Shown: positions 21,343 through 30,828, counted from the first letter of the stretch. The stretch: 44,575 nucleotides of DNA from an uncultured Pseudomonadota bacterium (GCA_964562335.1 CAZLTI010000001.1:1-44575); one strand, 5' to 3'. The notes: generated from the sequence alone by a model not told the origin. Made by a program: numbers and translations.

Positions 21343-22362
21343 ATGAAACGGAAGATGATCGACTTGAGGAGCGATACGGTTACGAGACCCTCTCTCAAGA
21401 TGAGAGCTGCCATGGCGGAGGCGGAAGTTGGCGACGATGTGTACGGAGAGGACCCGACGGTGAATCGGCTGGAGGAAAAGGCGGCACAAATGCTGGGAAA
21501 GGAGGCATCGATTTTTGTCGGCAGCGGAACGCAGAGCAATCTGCTGGCCCTGCTATGCCACTGCGAAAGGGGCGACGAATATCTCGTCGGCCAAGAGGCG
21601 CATACCTACAAATACGAAGCCGGCGGAGCGGCCGTGCTGGGCAGTATTCAACCGCAGCCGCTTGAAGTCGAATCGGACGGCACACTGGACTTGCAAAGGG
21701 TCGAACGGTACGTGAAATCGGACGACTTCCATTTTGCCAGAACCAAGTTGCTCTGTCTGGAAAACACCTATTGGGGAAGGGCGCTGCCTATGCGCTATCT
21801 GGAAGAGGCGCATGCCTTTGCCGCCAGGCATGGAATCGGCATCCATTTGGACGGTGCCAGAGTATTCAATGCCGCCGTGAAACTGAAGGTGTCGGCTGCG
21901 GAAATCGCACGGTACTTCGATTCCGTTTCCGTCTGCCTATCGAAAGGGTTGGGTGCGCCCATCGGTTCGGTGCTGTGCGGATCCTCGGATTTTGTGGCCA
22001 AGGCGCGCCGATGGCGCAAGATGCTGGGCGGCGGCATGCGGCAGGCCGGCATCGTTGCGGCAGCCGGTATTGTCGCGTTGGAGGAGCAACCAGGAAGACT
22101 CCATCGCGATCATGAAAATGCTCTGCATCTGGCACAGGGGTTATCGGCCATATCGGAGATTTCGGTGGATTCCATGCATATGCAAACGAATATGGTGTTT
22201 ATTCGAGTCGGAGAGTCCGACGCGGACAAACTGCCGCGATACATGCGCGAGAGGGGGATTTTGATTCGCGGCGGTACGCATATCAGGATGGTGACCCATT
22301 TGGATATCGCGCCGGAAGACGTTGACGCGGCTCTTGCCGCGTTTAGGGACTATTGTCGCTAA
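21343..22362 (+). CDS. ltaE: Low-specificity L-threonine aldolase
   Basis: DLRSDTVTRP, GDDVYGEDPTVN, GTQSNL and CLSKGLGAP (PLP lysine). Confidence 0.9.
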   Translation: MKRKMIDLRSDTVTRPSLKMRAAMAEAEVGDDVYGEDPTVNRLEEKAAQMLGKEASIFVGSGTQSNLLALLCHCERGDEYLVGQEAHTYKYEAGGAAVLGSIQPQPLEVESDGTLDLQRVERYVKSDDFHFARTKLLCLENTYWGRALPMRYLEEAHAFAARHGIGIHLDGARVFNAAVKLKVSAAEIARYFDSVSVCLSKGLGAPIGSVLCGSSDFVAKARRWRKMLGGGMRQAGIVAAAGIVALEEQPGRLHRDHENALHLAQGLSAISEISVDSMHMQTNMVFIRVGESDADKLPRYMRERGILIRGGTHIRMVTHLDIAPEDVDAALAAFRDYCR

Positions 22363-22432
22363 CGGCTCCGCCACCGCTTTCGCACGAACCGAGAAAACAT
22401 GGCGAATGCGGCGACACAAAGAAAAGGACAGC

Positions 22433-22834
22433 ATGGCCGAGCGCCGAAAGGTTTTGGTGGTAGACGACGAACCGACAAACATTGAAATTGTTGTTGAGAT
22501 ACTCGAGGAAAACTACATCCTCAGGGCGGCGGCTTCGGGCGAGGAGGCTCTGCGGGAGGTGTATGCGTTCAGACCCGATATCATGCTGTTGGATATCATG
22601 ATGCCGGGGATCGATGGCTATCGAGTCTGTAGGGCCGTCAAAAGCGACGAAGCGCTAAGAGAGACAAAAATCGTTCTGCTATCGGCAAAGGCCATGGCGG
22701 AAGACATCGAGGCCGGTTTTGCGGCCGGAGCCGACGGCTATTTGACCAAGCCGTTTATGGCCGAAGAACTGAAGGGTCTGTTGGAGAAGCATCTGCATAC
22801 CGGGCGTAGCGTCGATAGAGCGGAGAGCGTCTAA
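22433..22834 (+). CDS. Single-domain response regulator (CheY-like receiver)
   Basis: VLVVDDEP, MLLDIMMPGIDG (phospho-Asp), LSAKA and YLTKPF. No output domain and no adjacent kinase. Confidence 0.85.
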   Translation: MAERRKVLVVDDEPTNIEIVVEILEENYILRAAASGEEALREVYAFRPDIMLLDIMMPGIDGYRVCRAVKSDEALRETKIVLLSAKAMAEDIEAGFAAGADGYLTKPFMAEELKGLLEKHLHTGRSVDRAESV

Positions 22835-23526
22835 CCGTCTCTTCTGATAAAGGCGGTGGAAAGATAGGCCCCGTCGCAAGGGGTTTTTTTCAACAGCAGA
22901 TTGTACACCGCCTCCCCTTCGAGTCCGATTTTCTGCGCCAGATAGGCTGCCTGCGGATGGGACTGCTCGATTGCCTCCATCAGTGTCGGAAGCTTTTTGT
23001 TTACTTTCATAAATACGGTGGTCGGATGGCGCCGTATCAACTTCACCGCCGTCGAAACGTCCTGAGGCATTTCGTACACTCCGAAGTTCTCTCCCTTTAC
23101 GCAGAGCGGCAGACCCAACAAAGCGGACGTTCCGTTCACGGTGTTGATTCCGGGAACGTTTCTGACGAGTACCCCCTTTTCCGCCAGTTTGACGGACAGA
23201 TAGTTGGAGGTGCTGAAAATTGTCGGATCTCCCATTGTGACGAAGGAGACTTTTCCGCCCCGGTCGAGAAGATCCAGAATTCGACCGGCCAGCCGTCCGT
23301 ATTTGCGGTCGAGTTCCCTGCTGTCGTTGTTCATGGGGAAATAGTACATCATCAGCTTCGACTCCTCTACGAAGTTCAATACGATCTCTCTAGCCACGCT
23401 TTTGCCCAAAACGTCGGACTGCGGCGTAACGATAATGTCCGATTCCTCCAGCAGGCGCTTCGCCTTCAGAGTGATCAGCTCCGGATCTCCCGGTCCGAGT
23501 CCGATCGAATGGATGTACTTTTCCAT
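22831..23526 (-). CDS. cobI: Precorrin-2 / cobalt-factor II C20-methyltransferase
   Basis: SIGLGPGDPELITLKA, VTMGDPTIFST and GINTVNG. This is the tetrapyrrole methylase fold at CbiL/CobI length (231 aa). Confidence 0.85.
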   Translation of the reverse strand: MEKYIHSIGLGPGDPELITLKAKRLLEESDIIVTPQSDVLGKSVAREIVLNFVEESKLMMYYFPMNNDSRELDRKYGRLAGRILDLLDRGGKVSFVTMGDPTIFSTSNYLSVKLAEKGVLVRNVPGINTVNGTSALLGLPLCVKGENFGVYEMPQDVSTAVKLIRRHPTTVFMKVNKKLPTLMEAIEQSHPQAAYLAQKIGLEGEAVYNLLLKKTPCDGAYLSTAFIRRDG

Positions 23527-23553
23527 GGATAGTGTATTGTATTCGAATTGATT

Positions 23554-23583
23554 CGGGAAAGGGTTGCGGAACCCTGCTTCCCG
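23554..23583. other. GC-rich imperfect hairpin between btuF-like and cobI (cgggaaagggttgcggaaccctgcttcccg)
   Basis: Arms CGGGAA/TTCCCG and GGGTT/AACCC, read directly. No T-run follows on either strand. Confidence 0.5.
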
Positions 23584-23636
23584 ATTGTATTGGGGAACTT
23601 CCGAAACACTCGATATTTTACCGCATGATAGTCAAT

Positions 23637-24455
23637 CTATTGCTCTTCCTGCCAAAAAATTCGATTCAATTGCACGGCAGCTTCAAATGCATTGATTCCC
23701 GGTCTGGAGAAAAGATACTGGTCGACCGATACGACTCTGCTTTGCAGCGGCCTGAAATAGGATCTGTTTTGCGGATGTTCCGGGTTTTTGTTCATCGGCC
23801 CCTTTTGATAGATATAATACTCCGGCTTCAGATCGATGATTTTTTCCGCCGATACGGGCACATGCTTTTTGTGCGTGGGGATCAGGTTTCTACCTCCGGC
23901 CGCTTCGATGATCGAAGTCATGATGCTGGAACTTCCCGCAACCCGCAGCGGCCTTTCGCTGATTTCGTAGACGACGGTGGGCACCCTCTCTAACTTTCTA
24001 ATCTCCAGCAGCTTTTCCGTTAGCCGCGCGACGATCGTACCGGCGGTTTCGCCGGCATCGAGCAGCTTCCCCAGCTCTTCGACGCTGCGCAACACATCCT
24101 CCAGGCGCAGGGGATCGAATCGGTGGAAGGCGGCTTTGAATTCCCTCTGCAGACTTGCGGGAAAAGCGCGTTCGGAACCGGTGATAATCAAATCGGGTTC
24201 CAAAGCTCTGATCAATTCGATATTCGGCCGCAGATGGGAACCGACTTTTACCGCCTTTTCGAAATTGCGGTCCGTCCGCGTCACACCGACTACGCGGCTT
24301 TTGCTCCCCAGCAGTTTCACGATGTCGCTGGCCGGAGCATATAGCACTACGATTTTGTCGAAGCAGTGGGCGGAAGCCCAAGGGATCGACAGAAAGGCTC
24401 CGACCAACAAAAGCGCTCTTCCTACCGATCCGGAGAGTTTTCTACGAAACCTCAC
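23637..24455 (-). CDS. ABC transporter periplasmic substrate-binding protein, BtuF/FhuD-like (cobalamin or siderophore class)
   Basis: Signal peptide, then IVVLYAPASDIV..LGSKSRVVGVT and PDLIITG, typical of the Peripla_BP_2 fold. Last gene of the BtuCDF-like trio. Confidence 0.8.
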   Translation of the reverse strand: MRFRRKLSGSVGRALLLVGAFLSIPWASAHCFDKIVVLYAPASDIVKLLGSKSRVVGVTRTDRNFEKAVKVGSHLRPNIELIRALEPDLIITGSERAFPASLQREFKAAFHRFDPLRLEDVLRSVEELGKLLDAGETAGTIVARLTEKLLEIRKLERVPTVVYEISERPLRVAGSSSIMTSIIEAAGGRNLIPTHKKHVPVSAEKIIDLKPEYYIYQKGPMNKNPEHPQNRSYFRPLQSRVVSVDQYLFSRPGINAFEAAVQLNRIFWQEEQ

Positions 24456-25215
24456 GACTGCCTCCGTCGGTATACACGAAGATTCCTTTGTCGCTTTTGA
24501 AAAACTGCACCCGAACGCCGAAAATCTCGGACAGCTGTTCCTCCCGCAATTCCTCTTTTTTTTTGTCGTACCTCAGTCTCCCCTTTTCGAAAAAAAGGAA
24601 GCGGCGGAACTCTCTGACGGCAAGCGCGATATCGTGAATCACAACCAATATGACGCGATTTCTGCTCAACTCCCTTAAAATCCGCAACGTTTCCAACTGG
24701 TGTTTGATATCGATGCCGCTCAGCGGTTCGTCCAGCAGTACGACGGGAGCGTCGCGGTTGATCAGGCGCGCCAGCAGCACCCGCTGCTTTTCGCCTCCGG
24801 ACAGTTCGTTGAAGGGACGGTCTCGCAGATGGCCGATATCGAACTTTCCGACGATATGGTCGGTAGCCTCCAGATCGGTTTTGGAGTATCGGTTCCCATC
24901 GGTATGGGGGAACCGCCCGGTCAGCACTACGTAAAAAACGTCGAACGGCATGCTTAGCGCGGTGGCCTGGGGCAGCAGGCCAATTCGACGGTTGCGGGAG
25001 AGGATGTCCACCGTACGAAAGTCCTTTTGTCGAATGCGGTAGAGGCCCGAATACTCCGTCAATCCCGACAGAACCGACAGGAATGTGGATTTCCCGCTTC
25101 CGTTGTTGCCCAGGACGGCCACAAAGTCTCTTTCCGCCAGATCGAGACGGTCCACCTGGAGGCGGAATTCTCCCCGGTCCGCAACGACATCCCGCAGTTC
25201 AATCAAAATAGGCAA
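24442..25215 (-). CDS. ABC transporter ATP-binding protein (BtuD/FepC-like)
   Basis: Walker A GNNGSGKST, signature LSGGEKQR, and Walker B VVLLDEP. Confidence 0.9.
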   Translation of the reverse strand: MPILIELRDVVADRGEFRLQVDRLDLAERDFVAVLGNNGSGKSTFLSVLSGLTEYSGLYRIRQKDFRTVDILSRNRRIGLLPQATALSMPFDVFYVVLTGRFPHTDGNRYSKTDLEATDHIVGKFDIGHLRDRPFNELSGGEKQRVLLARLINRDAPVVLLDEPLSGIDIKHQLETLRILRELSRNRVILVVIHDIALAVREFRRFLFFEKGRLRYDKKKEELREEQLSEIFGVRVQFFKSDKGIFVYTDGGSREVS

Positions 25216-26176
25216 GCTCCCTTTTTCGCTTTGTCAGCAGATAGAGAAAGAAGAGTCCTCCTATGGCGGAGGTGATGATTCCCACCGAAAGCTCCTGCCC
25301 CTCCGGCAGGAGGGTTCGTGCGATCAGATCGTTGCCGATCATGAAAGCGGAGCCGAACAGCATACTCAGAGGAATCAGGTCTTTCGCCTTGACGAATTGC
25401 GCCAGTCGGACGAGATGGGGAACAATCAGTCCTACGAACCCGATGATTCCCGCATAGCCCACGCTGACCGCCGTCAGCAGGGCCGCAAAAAAAAAGGCCT
25501 TGCGTCTCAGTCTGTTCGTATCGATGCCGCTGGATTGGGCGGTGGTATCGTCGAAGCAGATGATGTCGAGACTCAGGCAATCCCTGCGGGTGGATAGATA
25601 GGAAACGGTCAGGACGGCGAAAAGCACCGCCGCTTTTTTCGCCGACGCACCTTGAAATCCCCCCATCAGCCAGAAAATGATGGAAGCTACGGAGTCGTCG
25701 GCCAGATATTTCATCAGGCTGATCACGGAGGAGGCGAAGGTGCTGATCACGATTCCGGCAAGCAGCATGGTGATTGGCTGCACCTTTCCGCCGACGGACG
25801 AAATTTTGTAGACGGCCGCCAGTCCGAGCAGACCGCCGCCAAGGGCGAAGAGCGGCAGTACGGTGCCAAGTCCCAGCATGATGGCGATCACCGCTCCCAT
25901 GGCGGACGAGGCGGATACGCCGGTGGTAAAGGAGTCGGCCAGGGGATTTTTCATTACGTATTGGAACAGAACGCCGGCTAGCGTGAGCGACGCGCCGACC
26001 AATCCCGCCAACAGTATGCGCGGCAAGCGCACGTGGAGCAGAATATCCCTGTCGGTTTCCGACAGGTTCGCGAAATCCATATGGACCGCTCCCTTCAGCA
26101 GGGCCGCGAAAAAAACCGCCAGCAGCAGGCCCGACATCAGAAAAACCGCCGTTTTTTTGTTTTTTCGCATTCTCAT
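25199..26176 (-). CDS. FecCD-family ABC permease (BtuC-like)
   Basis: About 325 aa and polytopic. The C-terminal GIITSAIGGLFFLYLL pattern is typical of FecCD. The ATG at 26176 forms an ATGA overlap with the upstream gene's stop. Confidence 0.88.
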   Translation of the reverse strand: MRMRKNKKTAVFLMSGLLLAVFFAALLKGAVHMDFANLSETDRDILLHVRLPRILLAGLVGASLTLAGVLFQYVMKNPLADSFTTGVSASSAMGAVIAIMLGLGTVLPLFALGGGLLGLAAVYKISSVGGKVQPITMLLAGIVISTFASSVISLMKYLADDSVASIIFWLMGGFQGASAKKAAVLFAVLTVSYLSTRRDCLSLDIICFDDTTAQSSGIDTNRLRRKAFFFAALLTAVSVGYAGIIGFVGLIVPHLVRLAQFVKAKDLIPLSMLFGSAFMIGNDLIARTLLPEGQELSVGIITSAIGGLFFLYLLTKRKRELAYFD

Positions 26177-26943
26177 GCCTCGACCCGTTTGATCGCCCAG
26201 GTGGCAGTGCAGAAAAAAAGGACGGAACATGCCAGCAGAATCACCATGTCGGACAGGTCGACGACACCTCCCGTCAAAGAGGCGCGGATTGCTTTCGTCG
26301 AATAGGTGAGCGGAAGAATGTGGACGATGAGGTTGAAAATCCCCGGAAGCTTGTCGACGGGGAAAAAGGTGCCGCAGAGGAAAATCATCGGCGTTATGAC
26401 AAAGGTGTTGATCTGGGCTTGGCTGCCGTGGTCCCGAATCATCATCGATACCGTGACTGCCAGTGCGGAAAAGAGAAAGCAGTGCAGGGCCATTGCCGGA
26501 ACGAAAAGAGGATGGAACCGCAGGTCCACTCCGAAAAGAAATACGTAGCCGAATATCAGCGCGATGCTGACCAGGCTTTTGAACATGCCGTACAGCGTCT
26601 CCCCTGCGACGATTCCGGCGTATGTTACGGGCGCTATCAGATACTCGTCGAATATGTGAAAATAGAATCGGGCGATATTGAGCTCCTGCGCAATGCCGTA
26701 GCTTTGATTGAGAGTGGCCATGGTGAGCAGGCCGGGAATCAGGAAAACGATGTAGGGCAGTCCGTTTACGGATACCTCGTCGCCGAATCCCCAGCCGAAT
26801 GCGATCAGAAACAGCAAAGGCGATATAGAAGAGGCCAGCACCTGCTTTTTTGCCTTTTTTCGGTAGACGTGGACTTCGCGATACAGGACCGCTTGAATGC
26901 CGTTAAGCATGAATTCTCCTGCCTGTGCGGCTGATGACGACAT
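26173..26943 (-). CDS. ABC-2 type transporter permease
   Basis: 256 aa with six predicted TM segments. Translationally coupled to the upstream ABC ATPase. Confidence 0.8.
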   Translation of the reverse strand: MSSSAAQAGEFMLNGIQAVLYREVHVYRKKAKKQVLASSISPLLFLIAFGWGFGDEVSVNGLPYIVFLIPGLLTMATLNQSYGIAQELNIARFYFHIFDEYLIAPVTYAGIVAGETLYGMFKSLVSIALIFGYVFLFGVDLRFHPLFVPAMALHCFLFSALAVTVSMMIRDHGSQAQINTFVITPMIFLCGTFFPVDKLPGIFNLIVHILPLTYSTKAIRASLTGGVVDLSDMVILLACSVLFFCTATWAIKRVEA

Positions 26944-27829
26944 CCTCCAGCGTCACCTTTCTGACTTTGCACTCCTGCGTCTGATTCGCCAGTGCGTGCA
27001 GCGCCTTTCGTTTCGTTTCGTAGTAGGTTTCCGTAATACCCTCTTCGTGCAGGCTTTCCACGACATACTGTCCAAGCCCCGATTTTAGCCGTTCCGGAGT
27101 GTCGCCGGCAACGATCTCTCCGGCATCGATGATCATCACTCTCCGGCACAGCTTTTCCGCCTCTTCGATATAGTGCGTCGTCAGTAGAATGGCCGTCCCC
27201 CTTTTCTGGTTGACCTTAAGAATCAGGTTCCATAGGCTGCGCCGAATTTGGGCGTCCAGGCCGACCGTCGGTTCGTCCAGAAACAAAATTTCGGGGTCGT
27301 GCAGCAGTGCCCGGACAATCACCAGCCGTCTTTTCATTCCGCCGGAAAAGGTCTTTACCTGTCTGTATGCATATTCGGTCAGTCCGGCAAATTCGAGAGC
27401 CTCCCTTATCTTCGGTTTTCTCTGCCGCTTGGCAATACCATGGAGAAGAGTATGCAGATATAGGTTCTCGTAGGCGGTCAGATCTCTATCCAGGTTGCTG
27501 CTTTGCGGCACTACGCCGATCAGGCTTTTTGCCTGCCGCAGATTTTTTCGGAAGTTCTTGCCGTAGTAGAATATCTGCCCTCCGGTCGGTTTGGTAAGGC
27601 CCACCAGCAACTTGATAATGGTTGTCTTGCCTGCTCCGTTGGAACCGAGCAAACCGACAAACTCTCCCTTCGATACCGCAAAATCTACCGAATTGACGGC
27701 AACCTTCCTTTTGAATTTCTTGCTCAGCCGCACGGCGGAGAGAACGGGGCGTTCGGTGGCTGCGGTTGCGCGAGGTTTTGCGCCTCCGCAGGTTTCGCCT
27801 CTATGATTCGTCCCGATTGTTTCGACCAT
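26903..27829 (-). CDS. ABC transporter ATP-binding protein (ABC-2/DrrA-like)
   Basis: Walker A GSNGAGKTT, signature FSGGMKRR, and Walker B LFLDEPTVGLD. Confidence 0.9.
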   Translation of the reverse strand: MVETIGTNHRGETCGGAKPRATAATERPVLSAVRLSKKFKRKVAVNSVDFAVSKGEFVGLLGSNGAGKTTIIKLLVGLTKPTGGQIFYYGKNFRKNLRQAKSLIGVVPQSSNLDRDLTAYENLYLHTLLHGIAKRQRKPKIREALEFAGLTEYAYRQVKTFSGGMKRRLVIVRALLHDPEILFLDEPTVGLDAQIRRSLWNLILKVNQKRGTAILLTTHYIEEAEKLCRRVMIIDAGEIVAGDTPERLKSGLGQYVVESLHEEGITETYYETKRKALHALANQTQECKVRKVTLEDVVISRTGRRIHA

Positions 27830-28736
27830 TTTTTCGCTCGGCGGGATTGTATCGGGGGACGTCCGAAAGACGGCGAACGACCTCCTGAAGGTTGCCTATC
27901 CAAATGTCCACGTAGCCGTCGTATTCCGCCGTGCCTCGTAAAATTGGGATGCAGCGGACTCCCCGTTTGGTCAGGATCGTCTTCCAGGAATCCTCCGCAT
28001 CGCCTGCCATGTCGTTTATGGCGTGATCCCCGGCTACGGACATGAACGGCATCAGATAGACCCTTTTGATACTCCTTCTTTTCAGCAGTTCGGTTACCAC
28101 GTCGATGTCGGGGAATCCCTCCACTGTGCCTACGATTATATTGGGGTCCCTTAATTGAAGCTGGAACATCAGTGCCGCATAGAAGGCGTTCGAGGGATGG
28201 TGCGTGCCGTGTCCCATCAGCACGACCCCCTCCCCCCTTTTGCGGCCTTTGGGGATGCTGCTTTGTACCGCCTCGACGACCCGTTCCATACTTTGTTGCG
28301 TCGATAGCAGAGGCTGCCCCAAAACGATGGATTGAAATCCGCCGATTATACCGAATGCATCCACCGTTCGGGAAAGATCGTCGAACTCCGCGCCCCGAAT
28401 GGTGTGGAGAGACTGGACCGCCACATGCGTAAACTTCTCGTCCAGCATCTTGGCAAGTGCCGTTTCGGGAGAATCCCGGCGTTTTCCCTGCTTTGCCAGC
28501 TTCCGACGGATCATGTGCGAGGTAAAGGCCCATCGCACGGGAACTTCGGGAAACAGGCGTTTGGTTTTCCTATCGATTCTATCGAACGCCGTTTGTGCCG
28601 ACGCAATGCTGGAACCGAATGCGACCAGCAGAATTCCCACCTTTTTGGGAATCTCCCTTCGATCGTGGTGGGAAGCCGTACAGGGATCCGTAAATACCAA
28701 AACGACGGCAACTGCCAGAATCGGATATCTTGCCAT
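27801..28736 (-). CDS. cbiK: Sirohydrochlorin cobaltochelatase CbiK with N-terminal signal peptide
   Basis: VGILLVAFGSS, VAVQSLHTIRGAEF, VVLMGHGTHH and MSVAGDHAINDMAGD align with the CbiK layout. The N-terminus MARYPILAVAVVLVFTDPCTA looks like a secretion signal. The start is Met94 of the ORF-track ORF. Confidence 0.88.
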   Translation of the reverse strand: MARYPILAVAVVLVFTDPCTASHHDRREIPKKVGILLVAFGSSIASAQTAFDRIDRKTKRLFPEVPVRWAFTSHMIRRKLAKQGKRRDSPETALAKMLDEKFTHVAVQSLHTIRGAEFDDLSRTVDAFGIIGGFQSIVLGQPLLSTQQSMERVVEAVQSSIPKGRKRGEGVVLMGHGTHHPSNAFYAALMFQLQLRDPNIIVGTVEGFPDIDVVTELLKRRSIKRVYLMPFMSVAGDHAINDMAGDAEDSWKTILTKRGVRCIPILRGTAEYDGYVDIWIGNLQEVVRRLSDVPRYNPAERKNGRNNRDES

Positions 28737-28889
28737 TGTCTCTCCGTAGCGGGGCATAAAAGAGATGCACAATTTTAGGAATTGCAAAAAACGGAGCGTT
28801 TTGTGTTGCGGCGGCCTTCCGGTGGGCAATAATCGGCAGAACTGGGGGGTTGGGTTGCCAACGCCATTATCGCCTCCCTCGAGGCTTTC

Positions 28890-29035
28890 GCAATAGACCG
28901 GTATTCCGGCTTGGGGCAACCTACTTGTCCGTCTTCCCAGGCGAGTCCACCCGACCCAGTGACATGGTTGGACGTTCGTTCCCTTCACGGCTGCGGGGCA
29001 GCGGAGGCCTTTCACCTCGCTTCCAGAGTCTATTC
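28890..29035 (-). promoter_or_regulatory. Cobalamin (B12) riboswitch
   Basis: The minus strand reads GGAAGCGAGGTGAAAGGCCTCCGCTGCCCCGCAGCCGTGAAGGGAAC ... GTCACTGGGTCGGGTGGACTCGCCTGGGAAGACGG ... CCCCAAGCCGGAATACCGGTC. These match the GGTGnAAnnCC..CCCGC core, the GCCACTG..GGGAAG element and the B12 box. It lies 160-300 nt upstream of the cbiK ATG. Confidence 0.75.
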
Positions 29036-29245
29036 AACGTTCGTTTCGTGCGAACCGTTGCAGAAGATCACAGAGGACGGAAAAAGTCAATTCTCCAAAA
29101 CGGTTCCGAGCGAGCGGTTTGCCGCTTTGACTGGATCGATTGCGAATAGTAGCTTTGCAGGTAAAAAAGTTGCATCTATCCGAAAGAGCGGCACCGGTCG
29201 GAATAGGGAGTGCGCTTGTTTGGGAGAGGGTTTTTTTGACGGACG

Positions 29246-30763
29246 GTGGCAATGAGAAATCGATATTCCGCTGCAAAATGTCTGGCCGTACTGGGAACCG
29301 GTTCGGATGTCGGCAAAAGTATTGTGGCTGCGGCACTCTGCCGCATTTTTTGGGAGGAGGGATTTTCCGTGGCTCCCTTCAAGGCGCAGAATATGTCCAA
29401 CAACTCTGCGGTTGCGCGAACGGGCGGAGAGATGGGGCGGGCACAGGCGGTGCAGGCGCAGGCCTGCCATGTCGATCCGCATGTGGATATGAATCCGGTG
29501 CTTCTGAAACCGAACTCGGATACGGGTTCCCAGGTTGTCGTACGGGGAACGGTCATGGGGGACAGGGAGGCGGGTACCTATTTTAAAAATACCGACTACC
29601 TGTTCGGTTGTGCCAAGGAGAGTCTCGATCGTCTGCGCGAGAGATATTCTCTGATTGTGATGGAGGGTGCCGGATCGTGTGGAGAGGTCAATTTGGCACG
29701 TCAGGATTTTGCCAATTTTCGCATGGCGCAATATGCCGATGCACCGGTTGTTTTGGTGGCCGATATTGACCGAGGGGGCGTATTCGCCCAGATCGTCGGG
29801 ACATTGGCGGTTATTGCCGAAAGAGACCGAAATCGGGTAAAGGGACTGATCGTCAATCGGTTCCGCGGAGATCGGCAACTGTTCGAGCAGGGCATACGCT
29901 ACCTGAAGGAGAAGAGCGGTATCCCCGTTCTCGGTTTGATCCCCTACTATTCCCACATCCGGATCGACTCGGAAGACGGCCTGTCGTTGGATTCGGTAAT
30001 CGACACGCGCGTCGTACTTGACCCGGAGAGGATCAATATCGCCGTTTTGCGTCTTCCCCATATCGCCAACTTTACCGATTTTGCGCCTTTGGAGCAGGAC
30101 CCCGGCCTCAATCTGCACTACCTGCAACAAACCCGGTCTCTAAAGGGCTACCAGCTGGTGCTGCTGCCCGGATCGAAAAATGTCAGGGGAGACATGGCCT
30201 GGCTGAACGAAACGGGATGGAGCGATGCCCTGCGGGACTATGCGCAAAACGGCGGGCGACTGGGAGGGATCTGCGGCGGATATCAAATCCTGGGACGCCA
30301 TATCTCCGATCCGAACGGTGTGGAGGGACCTCCGGGCGATATAGCGGGATTGGGACTGCTTGACGTAGTGACGATATTGGAACCGGTCAAAGTATTGAGC
30401 AATTCGTCCGGCACGTGGTTGGAAAACGGCGAAAGGGTCGAAGGATACGAAATCCATATGGGCATCACCGAGCTGTCGGATTCGTCGACTCCGGCGATTC
30501 GTATGGAATCCGGGAACTCGATCCGCTCCGACGGGGCGATCGACGCTTGCGGAAAAGTTTGGGGAACCTATCTGCACGGACTTTTCGATAGGTCGGAGTT
30601 TAGAACGGCCTTTTTGCGGACGGTCGAAAAAAACTACCGACCGCCGGAAGGAGCGGTGTCCACCGATTCCATCGCCGCATTCAGGGAGGAGCAGTATCGG
30701 ATGCTTGGAGAGCACTTTCGTGCCCATATGGATGTGGAGCGACTGTTATCCTTTGTCCGCTAA
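29246..30763 (+). CDS. cobQ: Cobyric acid synthase
   Basis: VLGTGSDVGKS, MEGAGS, GATase GICGGYQILG and YEIHMG. 505 aa. Confidence 0.95.
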   Translation: MAMRNRYSAAKCLAVLGTGSDVGKSIVAAALCRIFWEEGFSVAPFKAQNMSNNSAVARTGGEMGRAQAVQAQACHVDPHVDMNPVLLKPNSDTGSQVVVRGTVMGDREAGTYFKNTDYLFGCAKESLDRLRERYSLIVMEGAGSCGEVNLARQDFANFRMAQYADAPVVLVADIDRGGVFAQIVGTLAVIAERDRNRVKGLIVNRFRGDRQLFEQGIRYLKEKSGIPVLGLIPYYSHIRIDSEDGLSLDSVIDTRVVLDPERINIAVLRLPHIANFTDFAPLEQDPGLNLHYLQQTRSLKGYQLVLLPGSKNVRGDMAWLNETGWSDALRDYAQNGGRLGGICGGYQILGRHISDPNGVEGPPGDIAGLGLLDVVTILEPVKVLSNSSGTWLENGERVEGYEIHMGITELSDSSTPAIRMESGNSIRSDGAIDACGKVWGTYLHGLFDRSEFRTAFLRTVEKNYRPPEGAVSTDSIAAFREEQYRMLGEHFRAHMDVERLLSFVR

Positions 30764-30828
30764 GCGTCATCCGTTGTTTGTTTCCAATGGGTATCCTGCG
30801 AGCGGACACTGCTTTTTCCGGCGGGATT

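Noticed and set aside
20142-21539. A 465-aa minus-strand ORF.
   Set aside because: It is an alternative frame of the antiporter gene and its upstream region. Its composition is Pro/Arg/Ser-rich with no motifs.
27724-28533. A 269-aa minus-strand ORF.
   Set aside because: It is an alternative frame of cbiK, Gly/Arg/Pro-rich with no motifs.
29016-29245. A second cobalamin riboswitch on the plus strand in front of cobQ, which is divergent from the cbiK leader.
   Set aside because: The plus-strand leader lacks the GGTGnAAnnCC..CCCGC core and a B12 box. Only vague fragments were seen (cggttccgagcgagcgg, ggcaccggtcgg). An Rfam scan could overturn this.
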